From Minisyncoccota bacterium (GTDB lineage: Bacteria; Patescibacteriota; Minisyncoccia; UBA6257; JAAZHW01), in the NCBI GenBank assembly GCA_028696375.1, contig JAQVHD010000001.1:1-50961 (forward strand): a stretch of 50,961 nt of DNA. Direction: 5' to 3'. The translations under genes and the position numbers were made by a program. This document shows positions 25,550 through 33,467 of this stretch, in pieces. Position 1 is the stretch's first letter. The number at the start of each line of letters is the position of its first letter. The notes beneath the pieces are model-generated. The model was not told where the DNA came from. It made no database searches and saw only the letters and a program-made list of their open reading frames with translations.

Positions 25550-26812
25550 TTATTGCCAGTAAATTAGATAATAATTTTTTTTGCCTCGTCTCAAAACCAT
25601 TATATTTTCAACTAAACAATTTTGAGGCGTTAATCTTAAGTTAACATCAGCTACCGTTTGTCCATTTAAAGAAATGGCATGATTTTCAATGTCTTCTCGG
25701 GCTTGGCGTTTTGAGGGGCAAATTTGAGCATTCACCAGCAAGTCAACAATACTGATCTCTTTTTGTTGAGAAATAGTGTAAGTTGGAACATCATAGAGAC
25801 CTTCTTTGATTTCTTCAGCGCTGAGATTGGCAAGTTGATTAGAAAACAGCGCTTCGGAAATTTTTTCTGCTCTTTTTAAGGCAGTTTCGCCATGTACTAA
25901 TTTGGTTAATTCTTGGGCTAAGGTTTTTGGAGCTTGGCGTTTTTCCGGATTGTTTTTAACTTGTTTTTCCAATTCTTGAATTTCTTCGTTGGAAAGAAAA
26001 GAAAAATATTTTAGAAACCGAATTACGTCATCATCGCTTACATTAATAAAATATTGATAAAATTGATAAGCAGAAGTTTTTTGGGGATTAAGCCAAACTG
26101 TTCCTCCTTCGGTTTTTCCAAATTTAGTACCATCTGATTTTAATAAAAGAGGCAATGTCAGACCATAAACTGTTTTGCCTTTTGTTTTGGTAATTAAATC
26201 AATACCTGAAGTAATGTTGCCCCACTGATCACTACCGCCAATTTGCAATTCGCAATTAAATTTTTCATTAAGCCAAAAATAATCATAGGCTTGAAGCAGC
26301 ATATAGCTGAATTCAGTAAAGGAAATACCCGATTCCAAGCGGCTTTTAACAGATTCTTTAGCCAGCATGTATCCCAAACTGAAATGTTTTCCAATATTTC
26401 TGATAAAAGGTAATAATTTTAATTCTTTGAGCCATTGGCTATTTTGCAGAATAGTTGCTTTTTGAGTGTGAATTTCCTCATCAAAGATTTTTTCCAGTTG
26501 TTTTTTTAATTCAATAGCCCATTGCTCCACTTGCTCTTCAGGGTTTAGCTGGCGTTCGGATTTTTTTCCGCTGGGATCACCGATTAAACTAGTGCCATCG
26601 CCTAAAAGAGGGATGATTTGATGATTAAATTGCGCAAAGCGTTTAAGAGTAATCATTGGTAAAAGATGACCAATGTGGAGGCTATCAGCGGTCACATCAA
26701 ATCCGCCATATACAACAATCGGCTTCTCAAGCCGTTTTTTTAATTCCTTTGCGTCAGTTGATTGATTAATCAATCCCCGCCAAAAAAGTTCATCCCAGAT
26801 ATTTTGTTTCAT
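25550..26812 (-). CDS. tyrS: Tyrosyl-tRNA synthetase, canonical type 1
   Basis: 420 aa with HIGHLLP, LLQAYDYFWL, GGSDQWGN, KFGKTEGG and a C-terminal S4 domain. It is AT-rich and lacks an SD, like the host background. Confidence 0.95.
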   Translation of the reverse strand: MKQNIWDELFWRGLINQSTDAKELKKRLEKPIVVYGGFDVTADSLHIGHLLPMITLKRFAQFNHQIIPLLGDGTSLIGDPSGKKSERQLNPEEQVEQWAIELKKQLEKIFDEEIHTQKATILQNSQWLKELKLLPFIRNIGKHFSLGYMLAKESVKSRLESGISFTEFSYMLLQAYDYFWLNEKFNCELQIGGSDQWGNITSGIDLITKTKGKTVYGLTLPLLLKSDGTKFGKTEGGTVWLNPQKTSAYQFYQYFINVSDDDVIRFLKYFSFLSNEEIQELEKQVKNNPEKRQAPKTLAQELTKLVHGETALKRAEKISEALFSNQLANLSAEEIKEGLYDVPTYTISQQKEISIVDLLVNAQICPSKRQAREDIENHAISLNGQTVADVNLRLTPQNCLVENIMVLRRGKKNYYLIYWQ

Positions 26813-26864
26813 ATCTTGTTTATTTTAAGGTTTTTTGAAAAATAAGTCAAAAGAAAATCCCCGG

Positions 26865-27839
26865 TCAGTTAACCAGGGATTCTATTTCGCTTTGAATAAA
26901 ATCAGAAAATTTTTTTAGCCCCTTTTCTTGAACAAGAACCTCCACTGGCGGACGACAACCGGTTTTTTTATTGCTGGTTATCAGTTTTTCGCGAATGTCT
27001 ATTCTTTTTCTTTTTGCTTCTTTTTCAAAAAACAGGCACTTCTTTTTAATATTGACCAGTTCGTTAGTTTCAATCGGACCGGTTTTGTCAAGATACCATA
27101 ATCCCTCCAGAAGATGAATTGCTGAATGTTTTTGAACATCATAGTCGTCAGGAGTTTTTCGGACATAAGAAAAAGGAGGAATAAAACCATTTTGGATAGT
27201 GACGCCAGTATCAATATAGGAATTATGCCCAATGACCGCCGGACCAATAATTGTAACATTGGGTCCGAGAAAAACTTTTTTCTGGATAACGATAGGATGA
27301 CGGTCTTGCCCCAAAGCGCTGATTAATTTCGTCCCGCTTTGGATAGAGCAGAGTTCTCCTATTCGGCTATAATCAATCACCACTTGAGGATGAATGATGG
27401 TCTCATTACTGATGATAGCGTCTCTCACGGTACAACCAGTGGAAATGACTACGCCATTTTTAATGCGGCTGTTGGTGATGGTGCTGGCATTAGCATAACA
27501 ATTTTCGCCAAAGGATGATTCTTCAATGGTGGAATTAATAACAACAGCTTCCTGACCGATGACGGCTTGGAAAATTCGGCTATCGAGGATGCGGCACCTT
27601 TCTTTAATAGAAGTTTTTTTTAAGAAACTCGTCGAGATAAAACATTGACGGTGTATTTCCTGAGTGCCTTGAAATACGGTGGGGGGGATAATGATTGTAT
27701 CTTCGCCTATAAAGATTAAAGGAAAATCACCCGGAGGGATTTTATTCTCAACCCCGTCTCCAAATAACAAATAATAAAGCAAGTCATCCCTTTCGGCATG
27801 CAAAAAATCCAATAAAGGAAAGAGGTTTTTAAAATTCAT
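26865..27839 (-). CDS. Left-handed beta-helix (hexapeptide repeat) protein with unknown C-terminal extension
   Basis: 324 aa with successive [LIV]-G-x-x-x-x hexapeptide turns (AVIGQEAVVINSTIEESSFGENCYANASTITNSRIKNGVVISTG...). The tail is about 90 aa. Strong SD (TAAGGAGG). Confidence 0.65.
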   Translation of the reverse strand: MNFKNLFPLLDFLHAERDDLLYYLLFGDGVENKIPPGDFPLIFIGEDTIIIPPTVFQGTQEIHRQCFISTSFLKKTSIKERCRILDSRIFQAVIGQEAVVINSTIEESSFGENCYANASTITNSRIKNGVVISTGCTVRDAIISNETIIHPQVVIDYSRIGELCSIQSGTKLISALGQDRHPIVIQKKVFLGPNVTIIGPAVIGHNSYIDTGVTIQNGFIPPFSYVRKTPDDYDVQKHSAIHLLEGLWYLDKTGPIETNELVNIKKKCLFFEKEAKRKRIDIREKLITSNKKTGCRPPVEVLVQEKGLKKFSDFIQSEIESLVN

Positions 27840-27964
27840 TTTCGCCTCCTTATAATTAAATTTTTAAATAACTATTCTAAAATTAAACCTTTTTAATTTC
27901 TTGTCAAGAGGATAATTTTTTGCTAAATTGCAAAAAAGACAATTTTTATTAAGATAAACAACAA

Positions 27965-28037
27965 GGGCCGGTAGCTTAGTTGGTAGAGCGCTGCATTCGC
28001 ATTGCAGAGGTCAGGGGTTCGAGTCCCCTCCGGTCCA
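27965..28037 (+). tRNA. tRNA-Ala (anticodon CGC)
   Basis: 73-nt cloverleaf: acceptor GGGCCGG/CCGGTCC with G3:U70, anticodon loop TTCGCAT. The T-arm is identical to that of tRNA-Ala(GGC). No CCA is encoded. Confidence 0.9.
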
Positions 28038-28217
28038 CATGCGAAATTAATTTAAAAATCCCAAAATTATGGGAGCGAAGAAATTTTCCTTGGAAATCGC
28101 TTCGCATTGTAAACATTCGGAATCGTTTTAACATTCGATATTCGGATTTTGAATTTTTTATTTATTTGACTTCTTTCTTAGATTTTTATAATCTATTAAA
28201 AGGTTGTTTAGGGAATT

Positions 28218-28294
28218 GCGCGCGTAGCTCAGCTGGTTAGAGTACCACTTTGACATAGTGGGGGTCACAGGTTCGAGTCCTGTCGCGCGCACCA
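28218..28294 (+). tRNA. tRNA-Val (anticodon GAC), CCA encoded
   Basis: Acceptor GCGCGCG/CGCGCGC, anticodon stem CCACT/AGTGG with loop TTGACAT, T-loop TTCGAGT, then ACCA. Confidence 0.9.
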
Positions 28295-28327
28295 GCCGTT
28301 CTTTTAAATTTAAACAAAGGAGGGAAA

Positions 28328-28873
28328 ATGCTGAACAAAACTTTCTGCGAATTGAAGGAATCAGACAATTTCGTTTTGATGCTGATTTGTTCTTTGTCTT
28401 GCTTCATTTACATGCTCTTTTTCTGTTTGGGGATTTCTTTACTCCTCGACGATATTTATTTGCCTCAAGTTTATTTTGTAGGATTCTGGAAAAGTTTTTT
28501 GGCGAAAGGTATGAGAAACTTCTTTTTGGTTGCTGTTGTTTCTGCTGGTGAAGAGGTTATTTGGCGGATGTTGCCATTAGCTTTTATCGTCTGGTTGAAA
28601 AACAAGATCCAAAAAGAAGATCTTGGCGATTTGATTTTGCTTTTAATAGTTTTTCTTTCTTCCTATTGTTTTGGATTATCACATGCTACTCAATTTAATG
28701 TTTTGATTCATGGAGTTTTTGGATTGGCGTGGAGTTTTTTGTTTTTAAAAACTGGCGGTTATAATGGGCACTACTTTAAAGCATCGCTCTACATGATTTT
28801 TTCTCATCTTTTTTATAATGCTCTGGTTCTAAGTAATGGCTATCTCTTTCTTAAATTCAGCAGTGGCCTATAA
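28328..28873 (+). CDS. CPBP-family intramembrane glutamic endopeptidase (CAAX protease/Abi)
   Basis: 181 aa, polytopic. Motifs EEVIWR, FGLSH and SHLFYN are present. Confidence 0.75.
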   Translation: MLNKTFCELKESDNFVLMLICSLSCFIYMLFFCLGISLLLDDIYLPQVYFVGFWKSFLAKGMRNFFLVAVVSAGEEVIWRMLPLAFIVWLKNKIQKEDLGDLILLLIVFLSSYCFGLSHATQFNVLIHGVFGLAWSFLFLKTGGYNGHYFKASLYMIFSHLFYNALVLSNGYLFLKFSSGL

Positions 28874-28879
28874 TAATGA

Positions 28880-28903
28880 AATCGCCTCTAAAAAGAGGCG
28901 ATT
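28880..28903 (+). terminator. Intrinsic terminator
   Basis: aatcgcctc-taaaaa-gaggcgatt followed by TTTTATTT. Confidence 0.65.
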
Positions 28904-28944
28904 TTTTATTTGAAAAGCCAGTGATACAATGATAAGATGTGATT

Positions 28945-29718
28945 ATGGAAAATATTGAAATCGTATTTGAAAATAAGGATTTTTTAGTGGTTAATAAACC
29001 AGCTGGATTATTGGTGCATCGAGTTGCTCATGAGCAAGCTCATGAATTAATTCATGAAAAGATTTATGAACAAAAAACACTGGTGGATTGGTTAGTCAAG
29101 CGTTATCCTAAAATTATTGATGTGGGTGAAGATAAAAATCGGCCGGGCATTGTCCATCGTTTAGACAGAGAAACCTCCGGCTTATTAATTGTTGCCAAAA
29201 ATCAAAAAACTTTTGATTATTTTAAAAAAATTTTTCAGGAGCATCGAATTAAAAAAGGATATTTGGCATTGGTTTATGGCGAATTTAAAAACAAAAAAGG
29301 AGTAATTAATAAACCAATCGGAATTGTCGCCTCATCAATTAAGCGTTCAACCGCTGCAAAAAAAATGAAAGAATTAAAGGAGGCAATTACTGAATACGAA
29401 GTATTAACAAGTTTTGAATATCAAGGAGAAAAATTTTCTTTAGTGAAAGTATCTCCTAAAACCGGTCGCACCCATCAAATCAGGGTGCATTTATCCAGCA
29501 TTGGCCATCCAGTAGTGGGTGATAAAATTTATGGCCGCAAAAAAGAGAAGATAGTAAGTCGATTATTTCTTCATGCTTATCTTTTAGAATTCCCTTTGCC
29601 GGACGATGGAATTTTACGTTTAGAAAGTGAGTTGCCCGCTGATTTGAAGAAAGTTTTAGAAAATTTGAAGTGCCCCAGCCGTATTATTGACAAAATTAAT
29701 AAAGGAGATATAATTTAG
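28945..29718 (+). CDS. RluA-family pseudouridine synthase
   Basis: HRLDRETSGLLIVAK catalytic Asp motif, KxYxALV-like GYLALVYG, and TGRTHQIRVH. Confidence 0.9.
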   Translation: MENIEIVFENKDFLVVNKPAGLLVHRVAHEQAHELIHEKIYEQKTLVDWLVKRYPKIIDVGEDKNRPGIVHRLDRETSGLLIVAKNQKTFDYFKKIFQEHRIKKGYLALVYGEFKNKKGVINKPIGIVASSIKRSTAAKKMKELKEAITEYEVLTSFEYQGEKFSLVKVSPKTGRTHQIRVHLSSIGHPVVGDKIYGRKKEKIVSRLFLHAYLLEFPLPDDGILRLESELPADLKKVLENLKCPSRIIDKINKGDII

Positions 29719-29782
29719 GTAGTAAAATTAATTAAGGAGGTAATAGTAAATGTTCCTTTAAAATTTATTAAGGAGGTGCCTA

Positions 29783-30295
29783 ATGAAGATAGTGGTTGAC
29801 AGTAACATCCTAATGAGAAGTTTTGGTTTTGTTGAACAGTTGGGAAGAATGCCAGGGGTTCTGGTAGTAATACCTCGGGCAGTCTATGTGGAGATTCGCG
29901 AACGGGCGAATCTCGAACTGTTGAAGAAGTTGAAAAATCAGCCGCAAACTTGTGAATTGAAGCAGCAGGAAAAGACGGTTGCTCTGGCCTTAAAGGTTTG
30001 GCCAAAATTGAGAGAGAAAATCCGCCAAGGAGAATGGTTGGTGCAGAGGGCGAATGAAAGAATGTTGAAAGATTTGAGGTGGGAAGCTAGACGGGCGCAG
30101 TTGAACTCTATTTCCAACACTGATCTGCGAGTGCTGGCAGTAGCTATTATTTTTAGAAACAGAGGGTCAAAAGTAAAGTTTTTGACTCTTGACAGAGAAT
30201 TGGCTATTTTGGCACGGAGGATGGGCATCCGCGTGCCAAAATGGCATGGATCCAAAAAATATTTTTGGATCCAAGAGATATTAAATTTTAATTAA
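29783..30295 (+). CDS. PIN-domain nuclease (PhoH-like/PINc type with insertion)
   Basis: 170 aa with N-terminal KIVVDSNIL, VVIPRAVYVEIRE, NTDLRVLAVAI and TLDRELAILARRMGI, i.e. the four acidic PIN positions. Strong SD and high G+C. Confidence 0.7.
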   Translation: MKIVVDSNILMRSFGFVEQLGRMPGVLVVIPRAVYVEIRERANLELLKKLKNQPQTCELKQQEKTVALALKVWPKLREKIRQGEWLVQRANERMLKDLRWEARRAQLNSISNTDLRVLAVAIIFRNRGSKVKFLTLDRELAILARRMGIRVPKWHGSKKYFWIQEILNFN

Positions 30296-30308
30296 AAGGA
30301 GGTTTGAA

Positions 30309-30719
30309 ATGAGAAAAATCAAAGTGAGTGATTTGGTCTGGTGGTTGTTACTGTTATTGCTCTTATTTTTACTAGTAATGTTTTCGAGTTGCGTTCCATT
30401 AGGAGTGACTGTTGGAGTAGATACTAATCTGCCCATTAGGACAACTGGTCTGACGGTGCTCAATACTACCGAACACACCTTTTCTGTTTTGTTAGACGGC
30501 GCAGAGAAAGCTCGAGTTGGTCCTTATGGAAAATTTTTTTCTGGTTTATGGAATGGCAGTTATTACGGAATAGAAGCTGCAGTGTCAATTGTTGGTGTAA
30601 ACTTAATTTTTGCTCATACAGAAAAAATATGGATTTATCCATCAGCTTACGGGCGGAATTCCTACGTTTTGACCATTCGCGAAGATGAAGATGGCCGACT
30701 CTGGGTGGAGCGGCGATAA
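30309..30719 (+). CDS. Hypothetical lipoprotein
   Basis: 136 aa with a signal peptide and lipobox-like VMFSSC. Strong SD (AAAGGAGG). No recognised domain. Confidence 0.55.
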   Translation: MRKIKVSDLVWWLLLLLLLFLLVMFSSCVPLGVTVGVDTNLPIRTTGLTVLNTTEHTFSVLLDGAEKARVGPYGKFFSGLWNGSYYGIEAAVSIVGVNLIFAHTEKIWIYPSAYGRNSYVLTIREDEDGRLWVERR

Positions 30720-30736
30720 TAAAAAGGAAAAGTTTT

Positions 30737-30765
30737 AAAAGGGATTCTAAAAAGGAATCCCTTTT
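30737..30765 (+). terminator. Intrinsic terminator
   Basis: aaaagggattc-taaaaag-gaatccctttt followed by a T-run. Confidence 0.6.
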
Positions 30766-30770
30766 TTGTT

Positions 30771-30808
30771 AGCGGCAGCTGTTAGGCTATAGCCTAACAG
30801 CTGCCGCT
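30771..30808. repeat. 38-bp perfect GC-rich palindrome
   Basis: agcggcagctgttaggcta|tagcctaacagctgccgct. It has no loop and contains two CAGCTG sites. It lies immediately after the terminator. Confidence 0.9.
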
Positions 30809-30896
30809 CCGGCATGTGTTTTTCATACAAGAATTATAGGAATTTATTTAAACAGTGGACGAAAAGAAATTTTTCTGATAAGATTAAAAACAAAAT

Positions 30897-32390
30897 ATGG
30901 CCATTCAACAATCCGATAAACAATTAAATACCGTACCGCGGCCACCCATTGTAGCAGTGATGGGGCATATTGATCATGGCAAAACCACACTTCTTGATAC
31001 CATTCGTAAAACCCACGTAGCCGCTCGCGAATCGGGTGGAATTACTCAGCATATTGGCGCTTATGAAATTAAGGTAGTAAGTAAAAATCCAGAATATAAT
31101 CAACGAAAAATTACTTTTATTGACACACCGGGTCATGAAGCTTTTTCAGCCATTCGCGCTCGAGGGACAGAGGCGGGTGATATTGCTATTTTGGTCATTG
31201 CAGCTGATGAAGGAGTAAAACCTCAGACAATCGAAGCGCTCAATTTAATTCAGCAAGCCAAAATTCCTTTTATTGTAGCACTCAATAAAATTGATAAACC
31301 CGAGGCCAATCCGGATCGGGTGAAAACGCAGTTAGCCGAACTTGGCGTTTTAGTAGAAGGATGGGGCGGTAATATTCCCTTCATTAGTATTTCAGCGAAA
31401 GAAGGAAAAAACATTCAAGAACTGTTGGAATTAATTTTGCTTGTAGCTGATATGGAAACTATTGTGGCTCGTCAAGATGGTCCAGCTGATGGGGTGATTA
31501 TTGAGACTAAATTTGATAATAAGCGAGGTATTGAAGTGACAGCCATAATTAAAAACGGCGTCCTTAAGGTGGGCGATCCCATTTATACTGCTACAGCGGA
31601 AGGAAAGGTTCGGACAATGGAGGATTGCAATGGTAATGTGTTAAAAGAAGCCACTTTTTCTTCACCCGTTCTCATTATTGGTTTCAAAGAAATGCCTCAG
31701 GTAGGGGAAGAATTTTTTGTGGGCGAGAAAATTGAAGAAGAAAATAAAAGATTAAGCATGCGGCAAAATCTTCGATCAAAAGACCCCAATGCAGAAAAAC
31801 AGGAAAATACCCTTAATCTTATTTTAAAAGCCGATACAATGGGATCGCTAGAAGCGATGAAAAAGATTCTCGGTAGTTTAACCTTGCCGGAAGGAGCGCA
31901 TCTCAAAATTATTAATGAAGGCATCGGTGATATTTTTGTTTCGGATATTGCTTTGGCGGAGACAGCACCAGCAACCATTTTAGGTTTTCGGGTTAAAATT
32001 CCCAAAGATCTTCAAATTATCATTCAGGCTAAGAATATTCGTGTTTACGTTTTTGATATTATTTACGAAATGGAGAAATTTTTAAAGCAAGAAATAGAAA
32101 ATCTTTTTAAACCTCAAGAGCCGCCTATTAAAGGCAAAGTCGAAATTTTGGCTTTATTTAGTAAAAAACGCAGTGAGCAACTAATTGGTGGACGAGTTAT
32201 TGAAGGAAGAATTGTGAAGGGAGCTCAAGTAAAAATTCAGCGAGGCGAAGAAATTATTGGTCATGGAAAAATTGTTAATTTGCAGTCCAGTAAAATAGAC
32301 GTTAAAGAAATTCCAGAAGGAAAAGAATGTGGGATATTGATTGATAGCAATACAGAAATTGCTGTTGGTGATCAGTTAATTTTTCAATAA
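30897..32390 (+). CDS. infB: Translation initiation factor IF-2 (short form, G domain onward)
   Basis: 497 aa with GHIDHGKTTLLD, DTPGHEAF and NKID. The IF-2 domains II-IV layout is present. Confidence 0.9.
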   Translation: MAIQQSDKQLNTVPRPPIVAVMGHIDHGKTTLLDTIRKTHVAARESGGITQHIGAYEIKVVSKNPEYNQRKITFIDTPGHEAFSAIRARGTEAGDIAILVIAADEGVKPQTIEALNLIQQAKIPFIVALNKIDKPEANPDRVKTQLAELGVLVEGWGGNIPFISISAKEGKNIQELLELILLVADMETIVARQDGPADGVIIETKFDNKRGIEVTAIIKNGVLKVGDPIYTATAEGKVRTMEDCNGNVLKEATFSSPVLIIGFKEMPQVGEEFFVGEKIEEENKRLSMRQNLRSKDPNAEKQENTLNLILKADTMGSLEAMKKILGSLTLPEGAHLKIINEGIGDIFVSDIALAETAPATILGFRVKIPKDLQIIIQAKNIRVYVFDIIYEMEKFLKQEIENLFKPQEPPIKGKVEILALFSKKRSEQLIGGRVIEGRIVKGAQVKIQRGEEIIGHGKIVNLQSSKIDVKEIPEGKECGILIDSNTEIAVGDQLIFQ

Positions 32391-32405
32391 AAATTCTTTC
32401 AGAAG

Positions 32406-33443
32406 ATGAAGTTAAAAGACTTTGATTATTATTTGCCTAAAGAATTAATTGCTCAAAAACCAATTTCTCCTCGTGATCATTCTCGATTAACGGTAGTTAA
32501 TAGAAAGACTGGCGAAATTCAGCATACTTATTTTTATCAAATCGATCGCTTTTTGCAAAAAGGCGATGTTTTGGTTTTAAATAATAGTAAAGTAATTCCC
32601 GCGCGATTAACTGGCATTAAACCGGAAACCGGAGGTAAAATTGAAGTGCTTCTGGTTCGGCCCAACGTTAAAAATTTAAAAAATTATCAGTGGTCAAAAG
32701 AATGGTTTGTTATTGGCAGGCCGGGATTAAAAGAGGGACAAAAAATTATCTTTCCGCATGGTTTAGAAGCTGAAGTTAAAAAGGAGATTAATTATGAACG
32801 TTTGATTCGTTTTAATCAGCAAGGAGAAAAATTAAAAAAAATTATTTATCAAATTGGGGTAGCGCCGACGCCACCCTATATTAAGCGGCTTTCTAATCTT
32901 AAAGAATACCAAACAGTTTATGCTAAGCATTTAGGATCAGTAGCGGCACCGACAGCTGGTTTTCACTTTACTCCTCGTTTAATTAAAAAACTCCAAAGAA
33001 AAGGCGTTATTTTTAAATATGTCACTTTGCATGTTGGTTTGGGTACATTTCAACCAGTGAAAGTGGAAAATATCGAGGAGCACAAAATGGAATCGGAATG
33101 GGTGGAGATCGATAAAAAAACTGCTCATTCTTTGAATCAAGCCAAAAGAAATCATCAAAGGATAATTGCCGTAGGAACAACTTCCACTCGTGCCCTCGAA
33201 AGTTTTGCTACTTGTCGGGGTATTTTAAAAAGCGGCCAGAAATTTGTTGATCTCTTTATTTATCCTGGTTACCATTTTAAATTTATTGATGCTTTAATTA
33301 CAAATTTTCATTTGCCAAAATCAACGCTAATGATGCTTGTTTCTGCTTTTGCTGGCCGAGAGTTAATTTTTAAAGCTTACGATGAGGCGATTAAAAACAA
33401 GTATCGTTTTTTCAGTTTTGGTGATGCGATGTTTATTATTTGA
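32406..33443 (+). CDS. queA: S-adenosylmethionine:tRNA ribosyltransferase-isomerase
   Basis: 345 aa with FDYYLPKELIAQKP, AAPTAGFHFT, VGTTSTRALES and a FFSFGDAMFI ending. Confidence 0.9.
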   Translation: MKLKDFDYYLPKELIAQKPISPRDHSRLTVVNRKTGEIQHTYFYQIDRFLQKGDVLVLNNSKVIPARLTGIKPETGGKIEVLLVRPNVKNLKNYQWSKEWFVIGRPGLKEGQKIIFPHGLEAEVKKEINYERLIRFNQQGEKLKKIIYQIGVAPTPPYIKRLSNLKEYQTVYAKHLGSVAAPTAGFHFTPRLIKKLQRKGVIFKYVTLHVGLGTFQPVKVENIEEHKMESEWVEIDKKTAHSLNQAKRNHQRIIAVGTTSTRALESFATCRGILKSGQKFVDLFIYPGYHFKFIDALITNFHLPKSTLMMLVSAFAGRELIFKAYDEAIKNKYRFFSFGDAMFII

Positions 33444-33467
33444 ACAGAAAGATTTATAATAAAAAAA

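Noticed and set aside
18265-28037. The identical 3' halves of the two tRNA-Ala genes as attL/attR of a 9.7 kb island.
   Set aside because: The identity is explained by their being isoacceptors with the same T-arm and acceptor. The interval includes clearly native genes (tyrS). No integrase is present.
27980-28551. ORFs 27980-28240 (+) and 28258-28551 (+).
   Set aside because: They run through tRNA-Ala(CGC) and tRNA-Val(GAC) and the spacer between them. 28258-28551 is also out of frame with the well-supported CPBP protease ORF.
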